Assembly (NCBI GenBank): GCA_000091205.1
Contig: AP006498.2
DNA: 64,000 nt
Strand: one strand, 5' to 3'
Origin: Cyanidioschyzon merolae
Taxonomy: Eukaryota
This document shows, one piece after another, positions 45,213-55,468 of the stretch. The translations under genes were made by a program, and so were the position numbers. The notes below the pieces were generated by a model. It was not told the origin of the DNA. It searched no databases and saw only the letters and a program-made list of their open reading frames with translations. Every line of letters begins with the position of its first letter. Positions within the stretch are counted from its first letter, which is position 1.

Positions 45213-46673
45213 TCACTTGTGCTTATCATCGTTCGAGTCAGCGAAGAAAAAGCGCCTCAAGCGCTCCCAGACAGTCCCCGGTTCCTTCTCCGGGGTCGAT
45301 GTCTTTTGCGGTTGAGGCCGCTCGCCTTGAGCTGCCGTTGTCGGGGTACCCCAAAACTGACGCCCGAACCAGCTATCCCAGCCGCTGTCCGCTCGTCGAC
45401 TCTGTTCATCGGCACGCTCAGCGGTTCGCCGCTGTGTCGGATCCCGACGACGCTGCAACCACTCCAGAACAGCGTCGAGGCGACTGAGGAGACTACCACC
45501 ACCGGAGGCAGGACCCTCGGTCGTGCGGCTACCGAGTCCCCAGCGTCGAGCTCTGCGGCGCAACGCCAACTCCTCTCGCAGATGTTCTTCTATGTACACG
45601 AAATAGAGATAACCAAAGATCGCTCCGCCCAAATGCGCAGCAAAGTCGATGTAGCCGAAGCGCCCGACGACACCGATGACGTCGAAGAGCACCCACAGCA
45701 GACAGGCTTCCTGTGCAGTCATCTTGATGCCCATGACGTAAAGGGATGAACGCGGAAAAAGCATCGCAAACATGACCAAAACCGCCATGACGCTACCGCT
45801 CGCACCGATGGAGACCGCACCCGACAACCGCAACCTTTTGTAAAGTAGACTCATCGCCGAGGAGAGAAAGGCACCTCCGGCGTATAAGGTGAGAAAGCGC
45901 GATGGACCGAGCACTTTGCACACATCTAGACCGAAATTGGCGAGAAGAAACATGTTCCCCAGAAGATGCAAGAAACCCATATGTGATATGGAGCTGGTGA
46001 GGAGCGTGTGCGTCCGCCCTGCGTAGAGCGACTCGAGCGAGCAGGCAAAATGACGCCACATGAACGGCGGTCCGCCTGGTCTGCTCTTCCATGCCAAGTA
46101 CACCAAACCATTCAGCAAAATCAGGGAAAGAATCGTACGACCTTCTCGTGACGCCCATGAGCGTCGGACCCGGTCGCCCATGCTGCGTACCCAGTCCAAT
46201 AGTGCGTCTAGGTTTTGCTCAAGGTCACCTGGACGAAAGCAGAGCGCTTGCGGACCTCCGTGTTGTTCCTTGCTACCCGACGGGAGCTTGTCTCTCGTTT
46301 GCGAAACACCGGACAAGTTGAAAGTGTCTGATTCGTTGTGCGAGACGCAGTGCCCCAGCACCGCAAGTCCGCCGAGACCGCTCCAGACTGCTGGGGCAGC
46401 GCTAGCACGGGCACCGCTCCAGCGGTAAAAGCGCGCCATTCGCCACACTGGGGTCTGGAGTTGCACGCGCAGCTTCTCTGCAAGAAGCGAGCTGCTCATT
46501 AGAGACATTCCAGCCTCGTGGCAGGTGCTTCGTTGCTCGACGAAGCCCGGACGGCATCCGGGGCTGTCGACCTGCAGCGGCCGAGCGACATACCGTAACC
46601 AGCGTCGACCAACAGAGCCAAGGCCCTGTCGAATCGGTCCAAGCATAGTCCCTGGTAACCGAAAGATGGTCAC
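45213..46673 (-). CDS. Rhomboid-family intramembrane serine protease (PARL-like)
   Basis: Catalytic 'GASGSVMAV' (GxSG) and a downstream 'AAHLGGAIFGYLY' His-containing helix, plus several TM segments and an N-terminal extension. Confidence 0.8.
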   Translation of the reverse strand: MTIFRLPGTMLGPIRQGLGSVGRRWLRYVARPLQVDSPGCRPGFVEQRSTCHEAGMSLMSSSLLAEKLRVQLQTPVWRMARFYRWSGARASAAPAVWSGLGGLAVLGHCVSHNESDTFNLSGVSQTRDKLPSGSKEQHGGPQALCFRPGDLEQNLDALLDWVRSMGDRVRRSWASREGRTILSLILLNGLVYLAWKSRPGGPPFMWRHFACSLESLYAGRTHTLLTSSISHMGFLHLLGNMFLLANFGLDVCKVLGPSRFLTLYAGGAFLSSAMSLLYKRLRLSGAVSIGASGSVMAVLVMFAMLFPRSSLYVMGIKMTAQEACLLWVLFDVIGVVGRFGYIDFAAHLGGAIFGYLYFVYIEEHLREELALRRRARRWGLGSRTTEGPASGGGSLLSRLDAVLEWLQRRRDPTQRRTAERADEQSRRADSGWDSWFGRQFWGTPTTAAQGERPQPQKTSTPEKEPGTVWERLRRFFFADSNDDKHK

Positions 46674-47275
46674 GTTTGATCAGGACTGCGCTCGTCAGCG
46701 GTTGCGTCTGCAGCAGGTGTTCCCGTTCGAACGAACGAGCGAGCCCAGAAACCGCCACGTCACTGGACAGCGGCGAGGAGAAAGCAGGTGCCGCTGCTGC
46801 TGCAGAGCATTGTCGCGGATGCTGGTGCCGCGTTGTGCCGGGGGCGTTTCTGGGAGACCTCATCCATGGTCCTATCGTGACGACATGGCACTCTGGCGTC
46901 AAGTTGTGCAGGTATGTAAAGAGTCACGGGGTTTTGGCGAACAGTGTCGAGTCCGCGCTTCAAGCTCTGTGGAAAGGGCGCGTGTTTAGCAAGCGCTCTG
47001 GGGCACTGCGGACATCGAGAGAAACGCGCTGCTAGCGCATAGGAACAGGCTCGATTCCCCCAGTATCGATGATTATTAGCTTGAGCACTGATGAAGACTG
47101 CAGAGCGGCAGCAGAGCTTGCTGATTGCTGGGCGACAAGCACGAGACGCGAAGGCCACAGAGGAAACGCGGAGCTCCCCAAGGGACGACGCTCGCGCAGG
47201 TCGTCGAGCTTCAACGTGCCTGGACACCAGCTCGGAGGCCGTGTTGTCGACCGTTTGGATATCGTAGACAAAAGT

Positions 47276-49021
47276 CTACAGACCACTTGGGAAATGCGTT
47301 TGCCGCTCGAGGTTTTGAGCTGCTGTGGACTCACCAGCCCGCAGCATTCTTCGCATCCGCTTCGACGGCATTTCGGACGCTTGCGACGGCTCCAGGAGTG
47401 CCTGGCAATCCGAGTTCGCTTCGGAGCGTGCCGCCTCTTCGTTTTCAGGGACCTGGGGCTCTGTGTCACATGTTAAAGATTTGCCAGAGTGAATCGTTTC
47501 GGGTGCGACGCCATGCGTATTTTCCTTGTCTGCATCCGTCACGTTTTCGTTCAGTGCCGACGAATTCGACTCCGCGTTCATTGGCATAGCTCGCTGCGGA
47601 TGATCGACGGCCAGTTCATGATTGGAGCGTTGTCCATACAGGTTAAACTCGGCTTCTTGGTCTAAATTGCGAGCCGAGAGCGCTATTCGCCGAAGATGCT
47701 GCGCGTGGTCGCTCACGAGCCTATTTGCTTGCTGCGGTGCTGCATGAGAAGGATGCACTTGGAGCCGTGCGTCGCGACGCGGGCAATACGGCACGAGTGG
47801 CTTGCTTGGACGCAAACGTCGAAGCTCACCTCTTTTCCACCGCATGTACTGTTGAGCAGCGCCTTGTACTGCGAAAAACATCGCCCGCTCGGATGACTCA
47901 AAGCGGTGAAGCTGCTCGAGCGGGTCGCCGTCAAACGGGCTCTGGGCGCGATCAGCGATTTCAAGGCAGCGGGCCTGGTGAGCATCCAGCAGTACTGACC
48001 CGAGCTCCGCAAGCACTGCGTTACCGCCGCGCAAGCCATTCCTACTAGCAACGTTCCGAATGCGAAAATACTGCCGAAATCGTTGCACAACTGCATAAAA
48101 ATATGGGCATTTTTCGTTCAAGTTTGCGATACACGGGTCAGCGCGCAGTTCTCGAAGTGTTCTGGATCTCAGACTCGGCGGCAATTCGATGCGCACGAAC
48201 ATTCGTGCAGCCAACATTTCCGCCAACCAGAGTGGAAGATCACACGCCATATCGGGGAGCATGTCAAGTCCACCCGCGACCTCCTGCCGTTGCAAAAGTT
48301 GCTCCGATGAAGGGTTCGCCCCCGATGCCGACGCCCTCGTGACACCATATCCACTTGCTTGGAGCGCTGCCTGATGGGTCAAGGCAGCAGCAGCTGCTGC
48401 TGCTGCGGTCATGATGTCAGATCGATCTTTCGATAGTGCGTCGCGCGATAAGCGTCTCTCGAAATCCTGGACAGGTTCAGCTCTGTCTGATACACTGCTG
48501 CGCTCATTCTCCTGGGAGATGCCCTCTCCTGATGTCTCGGTGTGCGCGTGTACGAGGCTCGCAGCATTGACTTCGGCTTGCGCTGCGAATGATGCACCGC
48601 CGCTGGTGTCCAAACAGGCCATGCCTCGAACTCGTTCGAGGAAAACGCAGCGGAAACGGGTCTCCGCTGCGAGAATTTCATCTAGTGAATAGTAGTCTCT
48701 ATCGAGAAGCACGGGACCTGCATACGAGTTTGATCTTCGCTGGTGTTGACCGAAAGACGCTGTGCTGTGCGCGTGGCTCCAGGATTGCAGAGCGGGGTTC
48801 GTCCCCCGCTGGTTCATGGAAAGCGACACTGGGAGAGTCTCCGAATTATACCTGCCGACGAGCGTCTCTGCGCCGCGGGAGCCCATGCTTCCTTCTTTTC
48901 CGGACACAGGGAAGCGGTGATAGTGCCGCTGATTAAGCCGGCTTGGCGTAAACGACACCAGAGACGTTACTAGAGCGTGCTCGTGGCCTTGCCGATCCAC
49001 AAGCACCCAAGAAGCAACCAC
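47276..49021 (-). CDS. PSF3: GINS complex subunit Psf3-like protein with long low-complexity insertions
   Basis: 'YYSLDEILAAETRFRCVF' resembles Psf3 'FLSLDDILMSHEKLPV'. 'DLPLWLAEMLAARMFVRIELPPSLRSRTLRELRADPCIANLNEKCPYFY' aligns with human PSF3 'ELPLWLAKGLFDNKRRILSVELPKIYQEGWRTVFSADPNVVDLHKMGPHFY'. An Ala/Gln-rich insert lies between the two blocks. The true start is uncertain. Confidence 0.55.
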   Translation of the reverse strand: MVASWVLVDRQGHEHALVTSLVSFTPSRLNQRHYHRFPVSGKEGSMGSRGAETLVGRYNSETLPVSLSMNQRGTNPALQSWSHAHSTASFGQHQRRSNSYAGPVLLDRDYYSLDEILAAETRFRCVFLERVRGMACLDTSGGASFAAQAEVNAASLVHAHTETSGEGISQENERSSVSDRAEPVQDFERRLSRDALSKDRSDIMTAAAAAAAALTHQAALQASGYGVTRASASGANPSSEQLLQRQEVAGGLDMLPDMACDLPLWLAEMLAARMFVRIELPPSLRSRTLRELRADPCIANLNEKCPYFYAVVQRFRQYFRIRNVASRNGLRGGNAVLAELGSVLLDAHQARCLEIADRAQSPFDGDPLEQLHRFESSERAMFFAVQGAAQQYMRWKRGELRRLRPSKPLVPYCPRRDARLQVHPSHAAPQQANRLVSDHAQHLRRIALSARNLDQEAEFNLYGQRSNHELAVDHPQRAMPMNAESNSSALNENVTDADKENTHGVAPETIHSGKSLTCDTEPQVPENEEAARSEANSDCQALLEPSQASEMPSKRMRRMLRAGESTAAQNLERQTHFPSGL

Positions 49022-50220
49022 TCGTCTCTCTTGAGTAGGGAGCGCTGCCCCAGCGGATCTGGCGGTTTGAATTGAGGAGCGCGGGGTACGGGCGCGCCTC
49101 CTGCGCTGCGCTGCTGCGCGCCTTCCGATTGATGGGGTAGCAGATCAAAGGCTGATTGATGAATGCATGGTGGAGCACTTTGTATTTGAACGGGTCGTAG
49201 ATGAATGAATGAATGGTTTTTTGCAGAGCACTCTGTACTTCTTTCAGTAATAGGTAATTCGTTGATTTATCTGTAGAGATCTTTTTAGATGGAACGTCCT
49301 ACGATCCGGACACGTGCGCTAGCTACGTGCGCCTTGCACCCCTGCAGTGACGTGTACCGAGCTGACGTCTGCACAGCTCGAGGGCAATGCATGCTCCACG
49401 TGACTTCAAAGATAGGGGTCTATACCCAGGCCTCGATCTGGTCGCCGCACTCCTCGAATGTATCGGTCCGCGTTGGCAGTCTCGCGTGCGCAGAATTCCA
49501 GCGCGAAGCCTGACGACGAGTTCCGGCCTCACGCCGGGCGAACGGTGCCTCGCACCGACGTCCGCAGGTATACACTGTAAGGCTGTTCCGTCTCTAGATG
49601 GCGACCGCAGCAGCGCTTCCCCGCTGTAGCAAGCGTGCCGAATGCGCTTGGCACCAGGACGATCGCTCGATTGAACTGGCTTAGATTCTTCGGAGAAATC
49701 CTGCGTTGGAGATTATGGTGCATAGAGGCGGATGCGGAAGGACAGAGACTCTTTTGTTGCTCTCCGGTAGCGTTTGCGTATCTGGAGAAATCGCGGGTAG
49801 ACTCATTGATCTTGTACGGTGAAGAATTGTGCAATACCCGGTGGGATTCAGCTTTAGGATAATGCACCGTGACGGGTGCCCGGTGCAACGCCATGCATAT
49901 CGGTCCCATGCGCGATGATGCTTTTGGATGACTACGAGTCGCCGCTGCCGTCATTTTTGACCGAGTCGAGGTTGCGCAAGGATCAGCAGTTCGCCGTTTG
50001 GAATAGAGCGCTCCATGAATACAATCCGATGGATGCGATATCGACAGAAACACTCTATCAAGTATAACCGTTGTCATTACATTTGCTTCATTCGCGGAAC
50101 CTATTGAAATAGACTTGCAATCGGTTGTGGCGCATCACTGCCGTGAATGGCAACAAAAAAAGCAGCCGGCTCGGTTACAGCCGAGCGGCTGTGTTGCATG
50201 GTGTAATCAGCACACCGGGG

Positions 50221-52320
50221 CGTTACGCTCAGAGTAGTGAATTCTGGGATGCATGCACCAGCACGCGCAATTGTTGCTGTCTGCGTTATCGCAGGTATCC
50301 TAGAGAAGGAAAGCATGCTGTCGAGTGGAGAAATGATCGCGGAATGACATGATGCTTTCATTGCTAGCCTGAGGAAAACCGCCGCATTTCTCCAAGTCAG
50401 TCATGCTGCGGTCAGCGGGCGGATGAGGCGCCCTTCTCCCAGTGCATGTCGTGAACGGTACGCACCCAGAACGGTACTTTTTCGGTTCTAGCTGCACGAA
50501 GCGCTCCTCGTCGAGCAACTCCGCTCCGTGTGTTCTCGAAAACATCGTACAAAACGAGCCACAGGATGTGCAGTCTCGGCACCGTCGACACGAACGGTGA
50601 TGGAGAGACACGGATACTCGAGGCGAAAAACACGCTTCCCTGGGGCAGCATACAGCGTCGAAGGATACACTGTCGATTTCGTACGGAAACGGGAACGCGT
50701 ATTCCACGAGATATATGGACGATCGTCTCTGTCGATGAGACTTCGTTTGGGTGCGCTGCTGCATCTGTACGTATTTGGGCGGAGAGGCGCAAACCGCAGG
50801 TCGTCAAAGAGCGACGAGTGAGCAGTCGGATACGTCCAGCCCCGGCGGCGCCTCGAGCCGGTTGTCTACTGCACATCACCGAACGGGCGGGATCGTTCAA
50901 CACCTCATGCTTCGTCGTCAGACGCTGTGTGGCTTTTTCGTTCCAGATGCATTTGTGCCGCTTTCGGGAATCGCCGCTTTCCATCCCTCAAGGCGGTCAA
51001 GGGGCACGCGGCTGATTCTGGCGTCGAGCTGCTCTAGGTGCGCGTCTATGCTCCGTAGGTCGGTGGTGTCGAAGGCGTGGGCGTTGCCGGTAGACGCCAT
51101 CTCTACGCTCATGGATACATTGATGAGTCTTTCGCATCCGGTGCACCGCTTTTCGACAAGTCGCCCTCAGTATTCACCAGCCATGAACTGCTCTGTTGCG
51201 GCTCTGCTCAATCGAGGTAGGGAGCGGAAAGGTGCGCCTTTATCAGTAAGCATGCTCGCGACGGAGAAGGTGACGAAAACGTACTTGAGGAATATTCCAT
51301 AGATGTATGCAAAAGGCGAGTTTCCCACACATCGTCGACCTAGTGAGTCTCATTCTCCAGGTAAAGCGGATTCGTCATACATCGCCCACATGTATGTTAT
51401 GCCGCATGTTCAACAGAAGAAAATGAAGAAACCACCGGGCAGAGAGCAGAAGGAACAGAAAGCAGGAACAGTCACAGTAGAAAAATTGGTCCTAAACTAT
51501 TACCGAGCCCTGTCATCCCGGACACACCAACAGGGAGAATCTATCAAAAAGCGAGATGCAGGGCGTCATGGAGGATCGCGTAGCTTCCTACTCGAGGGGG
51601 GCTCTTCCGGCTTCTCCCGCCTTGACGAACCTCGCAAATCGACTGTTTGTGAGCATCCGGGATGCAGGGCTGCCAGCTTCCCGAATTTCTCTGAAATTTT
51701 TCGATCAAACCTTCTTGCGAAAGCACAACGAATGCCCGGGACGGAAGATGCAAGACGACCTGGCTATGGGGTCAGAGCATTGTGCACACGCTTCCCAGAA
51801 TACATGGAGACGTCGCAGCGCAACGCTCGAGATCGAAATGAACCAAAGCCCAGGTGCCAAAAAGGCATCAAGACTATCTCAAAACCCTAAACGATACACG
51901 GGTCAATGTGGAGCGCCGCAGGAACGGCACCCTGTGAGCGCGGTTCCCGCGTCTCACTGACCGCGGAATGTACGGACTGATAGAAAGGATTCTATACTTC
52001 AGAGATTAGATGAGCATCCAGAATGACTCATGCCAGCGCCCTTCGGACGGAGTGCATAAAACCGTGCTGGGGTCGCCACTGGATTCAATGGCACGGAGGC
52101 AGGAAGCGCATGTTCGCCAGCTTGTTCAACGAACTGGAAAAGGGACTAACGGGTACGCCGCGTCGTTTCATTACAGACTCTGGCGCTGGACGTACCGTAG
52201 CGCACGCGGACGCTGCACGCATCGACCTTCGACGAAAGCGTACACAGCGCGAGAATCGATTCTGTACGATTCCCATCGATGTGTTCAGGACGACGTGCAC
52301 ATAGCATGAGCACGACTGCA
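50221..52320. repeat. Direct segmental duplication, copy 2 (core 50221-51146; ~400-bp insertion 51146-51556; divergent tail to ~52320)
   Basis: See copy 1. The two cores are ~97% identical by eye over ~930 bp, offset by ~7.58 kb. Confidence 0.85.
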
Positions 52321-52860
52321 CGCCAAGTCAAGTATAAAGGAATGGAACATGGAGCCCGATGCACGACATGGGGTATAGAGAGATGCCCGAACGCCAGATG
52401 GCGCTGCAATCGAAAGGCGAGAAGCTTGCTATGGTAGGATGGCACCAGCACGAATGCCTGCATGCACCCTCTGCACCGAGACTTGAACGCCGTGATCACC
52501 ATCAGGAAATGCGTTGTGCTTCCGGCGCGTCCAGTGTGTTCGTGTGAAGCGAATTCCAAAGGAAATCGTTTATAACTCACTTTGGGCACTGAGGTCCAAC
52601 GCTGCAGACTTGCCATCAAAATAGCACTCAGTGGCTACCAGAGAGAGGGAGAGAGAGAGAGAGCTTCGGATTCCCACCGCCTGAAGCACGACACTGGCAT
52701 GGAGCAATCAGCAATCCATGTAGGCTGCAGCGCCATATCCATAGATCGGACACGTTTTTCCTGGGCATTTCGTCGACGATAATGGTGTCCTATTATTCAG
52801 TATAACTGGGCATACCAGAGGAATCCGCAAAATCGAATCTTCCTCATTCGCTTCGCTCCT

Positions 52861-53850
52861 TTAAAACCCGGGATGCACTCGCAAGTCACGTCCGCGGCGT
52901 ATTTCAGCATCGAGGTCCTCGGCCGCACGTCGCGGATCTTCAGCACCCAGGATAGCTGATATGCACGCTATACCTGCGGCCTTACCCTGGGAAATACATT
53001 GTCTAGCGTTAGAGATTCCAATACCTCCGACAGCAAGCACCGGGAGTGGTGCAACCGCTTCCACGATGTGTGCCAGTCCACGGATACCAATCGGTGCACC
53101 CGCATCGAGTTTTGTCTGTGTGCCAAATACCGGGCCACAGCCGATATAGTCCAACCGTATGGGGCGTTCCGCGGTACTCGCTTGTTTCAAAGCTGTGACT
53201 TCAGACAACGAGCCAGCAGATGCGCCTATGATCCAGTCAGCAGGCACGAGCTTCTGTACATATTCCAAGGGCATATCTTCTTGGCCAACGTGCAAGCCAT
53301 CCGCGTCCACCGCAAGCGCCAGGTCTAGCCGATCGTTCATGAGAAAAGGAACACCCGCTGCAGCACAAACCGCACGCAGTCGTTTGGCGAGTTCCAGCGT
53401 CTTGCGCAGTGAGCTCCTCTTATCTCGCAGCTGGACCGCTCGCACGCACCCAGAGGCCAACGCACGCTCCGTAAGCTCTTCTAGTGACTGCCTCGACCCT
53501 AGTTGTGAAACATAGGCTACGTCTGCAATGAGATACAAAGAGAGATCGGTGCGCGTGCTTCTGAACGGTGTCAGGCGGTCACCTGCTGCATGAAGTGGTA
53601 CAGCGTAACGTTCCCCGCGTCTTCGACATCGCCGCTGTTCACCGTGCAGGTCGAGCGAAGCAGCTCGGTGCCTTGCGAACCAGCTGCCGCTGCCTACTGC
53701 TCTTCGTTGGATGAAACTTAAACCTGTTGCCGTGAACGCAGGCGTGGTGCCGCAGCAGTGCCCCAGCAGGCACGACTGCGTTCCCATGGAAACGGGCGAG
53801 CGCTTACCGCGAGGTCGTTCCGAACGTGTTGCCAGATTACAATGGAACAC
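52861..53850 (-). CDS. thiE: Thiamine-phosphate synthase (ThiE / TMP-PPase) with ~100-aa N-terminal extension
   Basis: 'LYLIADVA', 'VQLRDK', 'FLMNDRLDLALAVDADGLHVGQEDMP', 'IGASAGS', 'DYIGCGPVFGTQTK' and 'PVLAVGGI' are the ThiE motifs in order. Confidence 0.85.
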   Translation of the reverse strand: MFHCNLATRSERPRGKRSPVSMGTQSCLLGHCCGTTPAFTATGLSFIQRRAVGSGSWFARHRAASLDLHGEQRRCRRRGERYAVPLHAAGDRLTPFRSTRTDLSLYLIADVAYVSQLGSRQSLEELTERALASGCVRAVQLRDKRSSLRKTLELAKRLRAVCAAAGVPFLMNDRLDLALAVDADGLHVGQEDMPLEYVQKLVPADWIIGASAGSLSEVTALKQASTAERPIRLDYIGCGPVFGTQTKLDAGAPIGIRGLAHIVEAVAPLPVLAVGGIGISNARQCISQGKAAGIACISAILGAEDPRRAAEDLDAEIRRGRDLRVHPGF

Positions 53851-55035
53851 TGAACTGGACAGGTTGTACCTGCTGTGCGATTCTTTTCGGAACTAATTTT
53901 TTTCGCTGTACTTCCTTGACATTGGAGGTGCAGCGACAAGGGCTTGCGAATTCATGTGTATTTTGCGGATTCACGGTCGTGTATTCGGAGAGGCTCCTTC
54001 GAGACGCGGCTGTTGAAATCGGGTCCGTCATCGGAATCGAGATGATTTGCGACGCACTCGAACGATGCCTCGTAAAGTGACGGACATCATGATTCAATGC
54101 ATGTGTAGCATTCGCCGTGCTTCACATATGCCAGCGTGTAGCATGCTCGCATCATGCACGCTTCAAGCTTTCGATTTTTTCATTTGAAGGCAACTGGTTC
54201 GCGGAGCAATCTGTGGCGCCCGATTCACGACTAATCAGATAGAACCTTGTCCGTCGACGATTTGTTCGCAAGTTCATGCAGAGATTTCCTGAAACTCCTC
54301 ATGCCAAATCGTCGATTCGCCTCGAAATACAAATCCTCTCCTGTTTGTTGACATCCGCGAATCGCGATTCGACGGCAGCGGAATCATTCACGTACGGGAA
54401 CAGCTCCATGAGACTTCCGTCCCTCTTCTTCCCATGGAATCGAGTCTCGGTCTCGGACTTGCATTATCAAATGGATCGCATGTACTGAAGCCTGCGTCAT
54501 CGCTGTGTACGAAGCGGTCGTCGACGGATCGAGATTTCTCGACTTGGTCTCCAGCCTAGATTGTCCCACCGGTACATGTTTCATCATACACAGCATCGCG
54601 TTCCACCCATGCATTCTATCGAGTGGAACAGCGTAAGCTTGCACGCACAGCGGACACAGTACGCGCCCAGTGTATCACCCAGAAGCAGCCTGTGATCGTC
54701 GTCCACGACAACAGGCGCGGAAACAAATGAGAATAGCTGGGAGAGCCCACTGTACCCGTCATGCGCATGCAGCAAACGGCGAGGCAAGCGCTCACGCGGC
54801 ACAGGGCTACTCTCGAAGGAGCCGATGTGCTGGACACAGACGGGAACCCAGCGCAGTGTCCCCGCTGGGAAGCGCACCCCGAGACTCGATGCAAAACGAC
54901 ACGAGTATGGCACGCCAAGCATTGACAGCAACTGCTGCTTCTGCATGGAAAGCGCTGACAACACCTGGACTCGTCGATATCGGGACGTTACAACTGCTGT
55001 CAACATCCTTCAACTGCTGACAGCGAAGGTTTAGA
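53840..55035 (+). mobile_element. Family-A TnpB/Fanzor-like element, copy A3 (degenerate)
   Basis: It starts with 'ATTACAATGGAACACTGAACTG'. 54500-54600 is homologous to 11680-11780 and 3320-3420. The C-terminal peptide is '...SIDSNCCFCMESADNTWTRRYRDVTTAVNILQLL' (CxxC plus RuvC-III). The frame is broken upstream. Confidence 0.5.
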
Positions 55036-55468
55036 TATAGGACAAACCTGCATCTTCCAAGCTGGATCAGAGGGAGTGAGCAGCAGGAAGAAGAAGCAGT
55101 CACAGAAAAAGCGCGCAAACGCTGGTGCGAATGACAGCGGTTACTAGCCCAAGTTTCTTTGCACATATACCAACGTTTTCTGATATGGACTTTATAAGAG
55201 TGATGAGCCCGCTCTGGACTGCCGCATGACAAGCGCCTGGGAACGTTTGAAATCGTATCCGCCGTTGAAGCATACAACGCATAGGCAGTGCTGCTACCGA
55301 GACCGGCAGCTGCGGCGATACGACCTGGAGACAGATACACCCCAGCGTTTACACTGTCCATTAAATCCATTTATGATCCATTTCATCCAACAAAATCGCA
55401 CCCGCATGCACGACCAGTAGACGCGCGTGCGCGTTCCGTACTCGCGATCTCCGCCAGCCTGAGGATTC

